64,000 bases of DNA from a virus (lineage: Duplodnaviria > Caudoviricetes), in the IMG/VR virus record IMGVR_UViG_3300029267_001596, positions 284 to 64,283 of that record. The stretch is one strand, 5' to 3'. Positions within the stretch are counted from its first letter, which is position 1; each line of letters opens with the position of its first letter. The notes under the pieces are model-generated. The model was not told where the DNA came from. It saw only the letters and a program-made list of their open reading frames with translations, and did no database searches. Positions 8,816 to 16,697 of this stretch are shown here, piece by piece. Both the position numbers and the translations under genes were made by a program.

Positions 8816-9051
8816 CGACCTGTGCTGTATTGCACCAAAACCTCAGTTGTCTTGTTGGGTGTGCTCTGCCCCGGGCGGCGCTCGGCATCTGGGTCGGGTG
8901 CCCGGTCCTGTCGTTTGCGAACAGTCGTTTGGGGGCCGTCTTGGCGCTCGCCAGTACTGCCCATGCCAGCCATCGGCATCACGGCACAGTAACAGCCCCA
9001 GGGCGATGAACGCCCGGTGCCAATTTGAAGCTGTCCCGGCGCGGCATCTAC

Positions 9052-9687
9052 TCATGACTTGATCCTCTCCACCAGATCGATCAGTTCGCCCAGCGTCTTG
9101 ACCTTCTCGGCGTCTTGGTCCTGGATGGCGATATCGAACGCCTCTTCGCACTTCATCAGGACCTCCACGGCGTCGAGTGAGTCGGCGCGGAAGGCGTCGT
9201 ACAGATCGTCATTGCGGTCAAGCTCCTCCAGGTCCGCGCCGGTGGTGTCGAATTGGTCAGCGAGGATCTCGAGTATCTTATCTTCAGTCGTCACGGCGTC
9301 ACCTCCTGGGCCGAGAAGGCTGTCGAGTAGGGTCAGATCAACGATGCACCAGCCCAAGATCTCCCGGGTGGTTTTGACTAGCGCCTCCTTGAGTACAGCG
9401 ACCTCGTTCGAGTCGCCCGGGGTCAACGGAAACACGTCCCCGTCTACCGAGCGAAGCACATCGATGACCTGGATCTGATCCGCCGGCCGGGCCAGCAGGT
9501 AGCCGCCCTTCGAACCGCGGATCGCACGAACCAGACCGGCCTTCTTCAAGTCGGACACGATGACATCGGCGTACTTGGCGCTGATGCCCGCCCCTTCGGC
9601 CAGCTTGGCCAGGGAAAGGTGTCCCTGGGCGCCGTGCAGCTTCACCAGTAGATCGATCGCGTGGGTTACTCGGGTGGGTAGTTGCAT
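9052..9687 (-). CDS. Rrf2-family winged-HTH regulator fused to an acyl carrier protein domain
   Basis: N-terminal LKKAGLVRAIRGSKGGYLLARPADQI (Rrf2); C-terminal ADSLDAVEVLMKCEEAFDIAIQDQDAEKVKTLGELI (ACP with pantetheinylation Ser). Confidence 0.9.
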   Translation of the reverse strand: MQLPTRVTHAIDLLVKLHGAQGHLSLAKLAEGAGISAKYADVIVSDLKKAGLVRAIRGSKGGYLLARPADQIQVIDVLRSVDGDVFPLTPGDSNEVAVLKEALVKTTREILGWCIVDLTLLDSLLGPGGDAVTTEDKILEILADQFDTTGADLEELDRNDDLYDAFRADSLDAVEVLMKCEEAFDIAIQDQDAEKVKTLGELIDLVERIKS

Positions 9688-9713
9688 GATCTATCTCCTT
9701 CCTGAGTGAGGAC

Positions 9714-10595
9714 CTAAGAGAACAGTTCGTCCCGGTGCTCTGACGTGTCGTGATTGGTCAAGAGAACTTCGATCGCTTTCGTCTTGTTCTCGCCCCGCTT
9801 GTTCTGATGGGACATCGCCTTGGCGACCGTCTTGTAGTGCTTGGTCCAGGTCGGGTACAGTTCGTCCAGTCTGTCGTGTTGGTAGTAGCTCAATACAACC
9901 CGAGTCTCTTTGAACCGGCCCAGCAGCTCCGCCAGTCGTTCGTGGTCCTCGTCAGTGAAGTCGTGCAGGTACTTGGCGCTCTTCTCGAAGTAGGGCGGAT
10001 CGCAGTAGATGGCCGTCCCGGCCTTGTCCTCGATCTTCTCGCCCACCTCGAAGACATCGCGGCGCAGGACCGTGACGTTCAGCAGGCGTTGATGCCACCA
10101 TGGGATACTCTCGATAACGCCCTTCCACCGCTTGGCCGCGTGGCCGCCGTTGGACGTGTATCGAACACAGAAGCCGGAGTTGTAACAGGCTGTGCCAGCC
10201 GCACCGTTGCGGCCCTGCCAGGAGCACAGGAGGTAGTCGTACGCCCGGTCAAGGTCGGGTCCGTCCAACTCGACCTGGCGGGCCTCCACGAGTCGGTTTC
10301 TGGCCTCTTGATGCAACTGATCGGACATCAGCGTCCGTGCCGTCCTGGCGTAGAGTTTCAAGGCCAGTTCTTCGACCTGCAGGACCTTCGCGAGGTTGGT
10401 CACGTCGGCGTGCAGATCTACGACGGTTTCCATCACGCACGGCTTCTTCGCAAACGTCACAGCCATTGAACCGCAAAACAGCTCCCAATACACTCGGTGC
10501 AGGCCCAGCAACGTGATCGCCACCGGGGCCAGGTTGCGCTTGCTCCCCAACCAGGGCGCCGCCGCTTTGTTCTTCATCCCGGAATCCGTTCCCAT
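9714..10595 (-). CDS. DNA adenine methyltransferase (Dam/D12 class)
   Basis: PWLGSK, ELFCGS, YCDPPY, SYY, EVL. Confidence 0.9.
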   Translation of the reverse strand: MGTDSGMKNKAAAPWLGSKRNLAPVAITLLGLHRVYWELFCGSMAVTFAKKPCVMETVVDLHADVTNLAKVLQVEELALKLYARTARTLMSDQLHQEARNRLVEARQVELDGPDLDRAYDYLLCSWQGRNGAAGTACYNSGFCVRYTSNGGHAAKRWKGVIESIPWWHQRLLNVTVLRRDVFEVGEKIEDKAGTAIYCDPPYFEKSAKYLHDFTDEDHERLAELLGRFKETRVVLSYYQHDRLDELYPTWTKHYKTVAKAMSHQNKRGENKTKAIEVLLTNHDTSEHRDELFS

Positions 10596-10668
10596 TGCTC
10601 GTCCTGAACTCCTTTCTCCCAGGGGCGGCCGCCCTGTCACGGCCGCCCCGGAAATAGGGTGATGGGGG

Positions 10669-11853
10669 TTAGGCCGCCGATTGAGCTGGTGTCAGTTCGC
10701 CAAGGCAGGAACACTTGCCGCTCTCAGGCCAGTGGTCGTACGGTTTGCTGCAACGACGGCAGATGTATGCCGTAGGAGATTCCTTAGCCAACGCAGCGTC
10801 CAGGGCGGCGTCGTCGTCCATCGGCCCACCGACCTGGCTGGTCGCATCGGCCAATTGGCCATGCACTTCCTTGGCCTTCTTGAGTGTCACATGCACGGCC
10901 TTGTCGGACAATTGGGCTATTGACTTGCCGGGTATAACCCTCTGGTCGCGGCCAGGGAACGTGCTGAGCTTGATGCAGATCCCGTCCGGCGTATCCCCGC
11001 TGTCGGATCGCACCAGTGCAAAGGTCTTGTAGTCCTCCGATGCCGCTGTCATGCCCGCGTTGGCGATATCGACGCAGAGACGCATCAGCTCTTCCCTTGC
11101 GTCGCCCGGCTGTCGGGGTGCGGTCTGGGCCTGCGTCCCGTTCTGGTCCGACCGGCGCCTGGGCTGTTGGACTGTCGGCTGTGCCCCGTTCCCGTTGGTG
11201 GTGCTGCGGGTCTTGTCGGTAGAGGCCAGATCATCGTCGTCGATGTCCTGGGTAAAGATGTCACTGGCAGCCGTCGCCGTCAGGGTTGCATCGACGTTCG
11301 CCCTCTTCTTGGCCATCTTGAGCACGGTATTGTAGTAGTCGGCCGGGTTGTCATGTTCGATGCGCTCGGAGATCGTCCACGCGTTGTTCTTCTTGCGGGG
11401 ATGAAACTGCGGACCACCCAATATCTTCGGGTCTCGCGTTTCCCAATAGTCCTGGGGCACCGGCCGGCCGGTGTCTTCGCTGCGGAACCGATACTTGGCT
11501 TCCATCGTCGAACAACTGCCCACGCCCGAGCCGACGAACGCACCTGTGTTGATGTTGCACAGATCGCACGTGACGATGTACTCGCGGTGCCCACCTTCGA
11601 AGTCCAGTCGTTCGATCGCAAAGCGCGGGGCCAGTCGAAACGTAAACGCCAACTTCTCAGCCCCCGGCTTGAGTAGACTGGGTTTGTCGCCGCAGCCGGG
11701 GATCTGGCCGTAGTGTTCACCGGCCTTCATGACATGCTTCATGACCTGCTGAACCTTTGCCACCTGGCTCAGTACCGTCTTTACACTCATCTCGTCGGAT
11801 TGCTGCTGAATAGCGCTCGATTCTTGCGTTTGCGGTGCTAGTTCCGTGTTCAT
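10669..11853 (-). CDS. Putative single-strand annealing/recombination protein
   Basis: HYGQIPG-KPSLLKPGAEKL...NTVLKMAKKRA..D...SDIFTQD; next to an exonuclease. Confidence 0.65.
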   Translation of the reverse strand: MNTELAPQTQESSAIQQQSDEMSVKTVLSQVAKVQQVMKHVMKAGEHYGQIPGCGDKPSLLKPGAEKLAFTFRLAPRFAIERLDFEGGHREYIVTCDLCNINTGAFVGSGVGSCSTMEAKYRFRSEDTGRPVPQDYWETRDPKILGGPQFHPRKKNNAWTISERIEHDNPADYYNTVLKMAKKRANVDATLTATAASDIFTQDIDDDDLASTDKTRSTTNGNGAQPTVQQPRRRSDQNGTQAQTAPRQPGDAREELMRLCVDIANAGMTAASEDYKTFALVRSDSGDTPDGICIKLSTFPGRDQRVIPGKSIAQLSDKAVHVTLKKAKEVHGQLADATSQVGGPMDDDAALDAALAKESPTAYICRRCSKPYDHWPESGKCSCLGELTPAQSAA

Positions 11854-12563
11854 ATCGCTCTCCTTGTGGCCGTATTGACGGCCACGCTCGTCTCAGTGAC
11901 GGCCTTGCAGCCGGGGATATTGAAGGTCTGACGCATGGCCCGCGCCATGCCATTGAGGGCCACCATGTTCGGCTGCACCAGTTCAGTTGAAGCCTGTCCG
12001 TTGGCCACGGCCCGACATAGGGCCTTGATGTCCACGACCTCCGCCTTCCATCGCTTCTGCGTAGAGACGCCAGTGGCCTTCGCATAGACGGGCTTGGCGA
12101 CGATCGCTGGTCGCACGACAGGAGTTGTGAGGATCTCGTCGACCGTCTCTTCGGTCGCTCCGTTCTCTTCAGCCTCCTGAGCCAGGGCCAGTCGAGCTTC
12201 TTCGTCCGCCTTGTGTTGGGCCTCCTCCAGTTGCCTCTGTTTCTCCTGCTGTAGCCGCTCCTGTTCGCGGTCCCAGTTGCCGATAGCAGTCTTGATGATC
12301 TGCTCGGCCTGTGCGATCGGGTCGAGCAGCTTCTTCTCGGCCGCCACGGCAGCCTTGTGGGCCTTGTGCGCGGCGTCTTTGATCGGCTTGTGATGGGCCT
12401 GGATCTCCTTGCGCAGACCCACGATGTCGCCCAGGAACGACGCGGCTGTGTTGTACGTCTCCTGGTCGGTGATTGTGATAGCCTTGGCCCGATCCGGCCA
12501 CGCCAGGGCGACTTGTTCCATCTGTTCGACCTCCGTTGTCTCTACGGGTGCGTTAGCTTCCAT
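11850..12563 (-). CDS. Coiled-coil recombination-module protein (Gp157/Gam-like)
   Basis: Long helical coiled coil; C-terminal W..EVVD...IPG. Confidence 0.55.
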   Translation of the reverse strand: MEANAPVETTEVEQMEQVALAWPDRAKAITITDQETYNTAASFLGDIVGLRKEIQAHHKPIKDAAHKAHKAAVAAEKKLLDPIAQAEQIIKTAIGNWDREQERLQQEKQRQLEEAQHKADEEARLALAQEAEENGATEETVDEILTTPVVRPAIVAKPVYAKATGVSTQKRWKAEVVDIKALCRAVANGQASTELVQPNMVALNGMARAMRQTFNIPGCKAVTETSVAVNTATRRAI

Positions 12564-13104
12564 AATGCGTCCTCCACTCAGTAACGGTTAATGCGGCGTT
12601 GAAGACGCCCAGGTCGCGCGCGAACTCCTCACGGGGAAACTCCCGGACCTGATACGTCGCGTCCTTCTTCAGGTACAACCCGAACCGGCGATACGAGTAG
12701 GGATCGGGCAACATGTTGACGTATGCAGCCGTCTGGATCGCGTGCCACGGGAAATGACAGCCGCTCTTGATGTCCCACAACTGCCTGGGCCGGGCCTGCA
12801 GAATGCGGTCGGGCGTGCCCCGATAGCGGCCCAGCGGGTCCTGCTGCGGGCACTCGATCCACTCCCACTGAACGGCCCCGTGATCAGCCTGAAACTTGCA
12901 GTACGCCTCAAGGTAGGGCGCAATGACCGGATCGACCGACGCCTCATCCAGATCGCCCTCGTCGTGGTAGTGACAGGCGGCATGCACGGCCGTGCCCCGA
13001 TCGCGTACGGCCTGCGTGAACCACCGCGTGTCGACAATCCCCGCATCCTTGAGGACCTCGGTGACGCGCGGCAGGTTGGTGTTGACGGTTCCTTCGGGGG
13101 TCAT
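12553..13104 (-). CDS. PD-(D/E)xK exonuclease (Cas4/RecB-like)
   Basis: PRVTEVL, RGTAVH, GTPDR, DIKSG, QTAAY. Confidence 0.85.
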   Translation of the reverse strand: MTPEGTVNTNLPRVTEVLKDAGIVDTRWFTQAVRDRGTAVHAACHYHDEGDLDEASVDPVIAPYLEAYCKFQADHGAVQWEWIECPQQDPLGRYRGTPDRILQARPRQLWDIKSGCHFPWHAIQTAAYVNMLPDPYSYRRFGLYLKKDATYQVREFPREEFARDLGVFNAALTVTEWRTHYGS

Positions 13105-13177
13105 TCGGCCACCTCCTGGCCGTAGCCGTCGAACATCGTTGGCATCCAGAGGGCCTTGAATCCGGCCCAGATTGCGG

Positions 13178-13369
13178 TTAGGAGTCGCATGGGGTTACCT
13201 CCAAGGGCGTATTCGCCGCGCCCAGGGCGGGCTCACGTGGTCCCTCTTCAAGTTCCTCCTGCCCGCCACACCTGACCAGTTGCGCCCGGAGAATGGCCTC
13301 GCCCTCGCACAGCAGGCAGTGTTGCACCATCGTTCCGCCGTTGATAACGTTGGCGATGTGCTGGTACAT
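13178..13369 (-). CDS. Small hypothetical protein
   Basis: TGATG coupling, GGAGG SD. Confidence 0.4.
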   Translation of the reverse strand: MYQHIANVINGGTMVQHCLLCEGEAILRAQLVRCGGQEELEEGPREPALGAANTPLEVTPCDS

Positions 13370-13683
13370 CAGGAGGCCTCCTCTAAGGCCGCGTCGGATA
13401 ACTTGGCCTCTACGGCCTCGCAGTATCCCGCCTGCCGGGTCCGCCCCGTCAACTCCACGACCCCCGCCTCCACCAGGGCCTCGGGAATGCCCTCGTTCTC
13501 TGACCAGCCCTTGAGCCAGACGCACCCTTCGTCGGCTGGAATCTCGAGATTGACCGTCGCCACGTACAGCCGTTCGCTTGTCGTGGGGTCGTCGCCGATG
13601 ATCGCGGCCCCGCCGTCCTGATAGCAGGGAAAGCTCAGCGCAACCCGGCCCTTGGTGTACTTCGTAGTCACGTCGATCAGCAT
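13369..13683 (-). CDS. Hypothetical protein (DUF4313-like)
   Basis: ATVNL...VWLKGWSENEGI..AL..AG. Confidence 0.65.
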   Translation of the reverse strand: MLIDVTTKYTKGRVALSFPCYQDGGAAIIGDDPTTSERLYVATVNLEIPADEGCVWLKGWSENEGIPEALVEAGVVELTGRTRQAGYCEAVEAKLSDAALEEAS

Positions 13684-14090
13684 CAGCCCACCTTTCTCTG
13701 CTCTGTTACGTCGGGGAGTAGGCGGTCCACTGTGACGTCAAGGACGCAGTCCCTCGCTCCGTCGTCCTGCTGTGGCTCGACCGGGAAGGCGTCCAGGATC
13801 GCCCGGTACTTGCGCCGCCATCGTTCGCGGGCGACCTCGGGGTCTCGTTTCCGGTACGCCGCCTCGCCCATCATCGCGTCACGGACTATCATCGCCCGGA
13901 CTTCATAACAGAGGTAGCAGAACTCCTGCTTGTTCGCAGGCACGAGACTCGGGTAGATCCTCTCCACATGCTCGTCGATAGGGTCCCGGCGCGTGGCAAT
14001 GCAGGATTTGTGAACTCTTTTTTGACAGAACTCGCAGGCCGCTGTCTCCTGGCCTTCAATAATGTCCTCGTTGCATGTTGGGCATGTCAT
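13683..14090 (-). CDS. Zn-finger hypothetical protein
   Basis: CPTC..CEFC...H..C...CYLC; GAGGTG SD. Confidence 0.6.
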   Translation of the reverse strand: MTCPTCNEDIIEGQETAACEFCQKRVHKSCIATRRDPIDEHVERIYPSLVPANKQEFCYLCYEVRAMIVRDAMMGEAAYRKRDPEVARERWRRKYRAILDAFPVEPQQDDGARDCVLDVTVDRLLPDVTEQRKVG

Positions 14091-14240
14091 ATTTCACCTC
14101 GCTCAATCAGACCGGTCGCCCGGTCGGTTACATCAGAGGGAACACGAGGTCGCTCAAATGGGGTGACTGGCGTACGACCAGCCACCCCTGAGCGAAGGTG
14201 TAAAGGTGCGATTCGGATCTCCGTAGCACAGATACGCGGG

Positions 14241-14354
14241 GAGCCCCAACGGGATTTGAACCCGGCAACGGATCTGGCCCACCAGACCAGGACGGTTGCC
14301 TACGTGACCTCCAGCTTTCCAGACTGGCGCTCTACCTTGCTGAGCTATGGGGCA
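14241..14354 (-). tRNA. Atypical tRNA-like element (GGA anticodon) with about 40-nt hairpin insertion; probably non-canonical
   Basis: GCCCCA-TA-GCTCAGCAAGGTAGAGC-G-CCAGT-CTGGAAA-GCTGG-AGGTC-AC[insert]GGG-TTCAAAT-CCCGT-TGGGGC; 6-bp acceptor stem, no CCA. Confidence 0.6.
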
Positions 14355-14678
14355 ATCCCTACAACCTTTCGGAGGCCGTGTTCGGTACACCGTAATCGCG
14401 GTTGGTGACAAAGGTCGGTTCCCATCCATGGAGGGAGATGTTCCCCGACCTTCGGAGGAGTTGATCAAGATAAAGGGGAGTCGGCTGTTAAAAAGGGCCT
14501 ATCGACCGTAAACGTCCATTGGACGATTTACAGTGGTTGGTTTCCGAACTCCCCTGAACGACCAGGAATAACCGTACAGGCGACTGCCTACCAACGGGAT
14601 ATCACCGCCTTCCGGCAGTCGCCTTGTACAGCCCCTCTCCGGCCCGACGTCTAGGCCTACGGAGAGGCAATCGCACAT

Positions 14679-16193
14679 TTAGAGTGTGCCGTTACGGGAA
14701 TGACGTCGCCCCGCACATATCTCCAGAATGGCCGCCCGATCCTCGTCAGAGAGGTCCGGCCATGCTTCGATCAGGGAGCCCAGTTCGGGGTGATTTGCAG
14801 TGATTTGCAGCACCTTGCGTGCATCGACTGCGCCGCATTTTGCGCCGCCACCCTCAGCAATCAGCGTTTTGGATAGCGCCAGTGGGGGGTGTTCGTGAGC
14901 CTCCGCCTCCATTAGAGTATCCTGCAAATCGCTGCAATCCGCTGTATCTGGCTGCAAATCGCCCTTTTCGACCCCGCCAGACGATGTCACGTGCGCCACA
15001 TTGCGCCGCTTTGCGTGACTTTGCTGCGCCGGATTCTGCGCCGCGTGCGTGACATGCGCCGCATTTTGCGCCGCCTGTTCCAGTCGGTGGTTGTCTCGAA
15101 TAGCCTTCGCGAAGGCCTCGTCGGGGACCTGGAGATAATGGCGTTCTGCGATCCGCGCCGTGTTACCGATCCAGGTGGTCGCGACATGTAATGGGTACTC
15201 CGCGGCCAGCTCGGTCTCCCGGCTGGCTCGGAGGTTTTGAAACAGCCGCGGCCAGGGCTGGAGGCCCGCCCTCTTGAGGATTCGCAGCAGCTGCGTCCTG
15301 AGGTTTGCGTTGGCGTCACGATACCGGGTAATCACATACGGTATCCCCGGCTCCGCCAGCTCAAACACTTCTTCGAGATACGGCCGTACCTCTGGGAAGA
15401 TCGGAATCACTCTCGATTCCCGCCCTTCGTGGTGCTCGGTCTTCGGGCTCCTGACCGTCATCCGGGCTGAGTCCCAGGCAATATCATCCCAGGTTAACTC
15501 CAGTGGCTCGCTGGGCGTCCTGAGCCCGCCGTAACGGGCCAGGGCGAACAGGAGCCGCCACTGGGCGTCCGGGCAGTGCTCCAGGACCTTCTCGGCCTCT
15601 TCGCGGGCGACGAAGTACTGGCGTGCCTTGTTGGCGACCGATTTGGAGTCCAGATCAGCAAAGGGGTTCTCCGGTATGAGCTTCCGCTTGACCGCGACAT
15701 TAAAGAACGCCTTGGCGTTGGCCGTCCGCTTGCCGACCGTCGCAGGGCTGAGCTTGGATTCGACCAGATAGGCCCGCCAGGCCTGGGCGTCTCGTTCGCT
15801 GATACTCCGTAAGGGCTTGTCGGCCCCGAAGAACTCTCGGAGCGTCCTGCGGGTGTGAGAATAGACGAGCTGGCTGTTCGGCTTCAGATCCGTGCGGCTC
15901 TTGAGGTACTCCTCAATGAAGGCGTCCAGTGTCGCATTGGTCCGTTTCTCCACCAGTCCCACGGCCGCCAACTTATCGTAGAGCCCACCGTCAAGACCTT
16001 TGAGCCATTGAAGCGTGTCCGCCTCAATCACGCCCATCGCGCCATTGGCCGCCAGGACAAGCTGCTCGACCCTGAACTTGATCGATTCGGCCTGTCGTCG
16101 GCTGCACTTGCCCAGGCGGAGGGTCTTACGCTTACCCTCCGCTCGGAACTGAATCCTCTTCCTGCCGTTGGTGTCGTTCACGAGACTCGCCAT
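14679..16193 (-). CDS. int: Tyrosine integrase (planctomycete-type) with C-terminal extension across attP
   Basis: RYGGLRTPSE, SPKTEHH, FQNLRASRETEL, WIGN, HYLQV; N-terminal MASL..NGRKRIQF...RLGK. Confidence 0.92.
   Translation of the reverse strand: MASLVNDTNGRKRIQFRAEGKRKTLRLGKCSRRQAESIKFRVEQLVLAANGAMGVIEADTLQWLKGLDGGLYDKLAAVGLVEKRTNATLDAFIEEYLKSRTDLKPNSQLVYSHTRRTLREFFGADKPLRSISERDAQAWRAYLVESKLSPATVGKRTANAKAFFNVAVKRKLIPENPFADLDSKSVANKARQYFVAREEAEKVLEHCPDAQWRLLFALARYGGLRTPSEPLELTWDDIAWDSARMTVRSPKTEHHEGRESRVIPIFPEVRPYLEEVFELAEPGIPYVITRYRDANANLRTQLLRILKRAGLQPWPRLFQNLRASRETELAAEYPLHVATTWIGNTARIAERHYLQVPDEAFAKAIRDNHRLEQAAQNAAHVTHAAQNPAQQSHAKRRNVAHVTSSGGVEKGDLQPDTADCSDLQDTLMEAEAHEHPPLALSKTLIAEGGGAKCGAVDARKVLQITANHPELGSLIEAWPDLSDEDRAAILEICAGRRHSRNGTL
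14829..15075. mobile_element. Putative attP: core near 14891-14911 flanked by arm-type repeats
   Basis: Identical 21-mer TGCGCCGCATTTTGCGCCGCC at 14829 and 15055 plus degenerate copies near 14992 and 15025; core GTTCGTGAGCCTCCGCCTCCA resembles a tRNA-Ala/tmRNA 3' end. Confidence 0.65.
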
Positions 16194-16413
16194 CCATCGC
16201 CCCTTTCCATGCTGCATCCATGAGCCACTTGCGCAAAGAGTCTACCGGATACATCAGGATACCGCCAACCTTCAAATGTGGCACGATCCCCTGAGTGGTC
16301 CAATCAGACAGCTTGCGCTCGCTGATACTCAAGGCCTTCGCCGCTTCCGGGGCCCGCAATGACAAACATGGCACAGAGGGCCCGGAAGGCTTCTTTGGCT
16401 CTATACCAATCAT
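16132..16413 (-). CDS. xis: Excisionase-like HTH protein
   Basis: LRAPEAAKALSISERKLSDW...VPHLKVGG..MYP...LRKWL, directly upstream of int; GGAGG SD. Confidence 0.8.
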   Translation of the reverse strand: MIGIEPKKPSGPSVPCLSLRAPEAAKALSISERKLSDWTTQGIVPHLKVGGILMYPVDSLRKWLMDAAWKGAMDGESRERHQRQEEDSVPSGG

Positions 16414-16487
16414 AGATAACCTCCGTTCAAGCCCGGCGCGGTGTGCGCCGGGCAGTCTTTCACCATTTCCTCGTGTTCACTCTGCAG

Positions 16488-16499
16488 TTGTCAAAGATC
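16488..16499 (-). promoter_or_regulatory. boxA-like antitermination element
   Basis: GATCTTTGACAA, resembling rrn boxA, upstream of a GC hairpin at 16430-16455. Confidence 0.4.
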
Positions 16500-16509
16500 A
16501 CTGTTTCAA

Positions 16510-16656
16510 AGGGGATGGTGGGATTTGCACCCACACGTGCCACACAGTCGCGGGAGATAATTCCCACGGCGCTCGTGCCTCAATTGCGTGCCCGCCACCC
16601 TGTGTGATGCACAGCCGAGCTTGACCGCGTCTAACTAGTATTTCCGCCACATCCCC
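16510..16656 (-). ncRNA. tRNA-like RNA with Leu-type D-arm, no anticodon arm and about 75-nt multibranch insert
   Basis: Perfect 7-bp acceptor GGGGATG/CATCCCC, GCG...AGACGC D-arm, T-arm GTGGG-TGCAAAT-CCCAC. Confidence 0.65.
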
Positions 16657-16697
16657 ATGTTGTCTGGCCCGCTGGGGGCCTAAAGAGCTATACCCGC

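Noticed and set aside
12553-13104. cas4 as part of a CRISPR system
   Set aside because: Sits in a recombination module with an annealing protein; no array or cas1.
14241-14354. Selenocysteine or suppressor tRNA and genome-wide TGA recoding
   Set aside because: Anticodon is GGA; TGA is used as a normal stop in many ATGA/TGATG couplings.
14154-14468. 104-aa ORF
   Set aside because: Overlaps the tRNA-like element and hairpins; no protein-like features.
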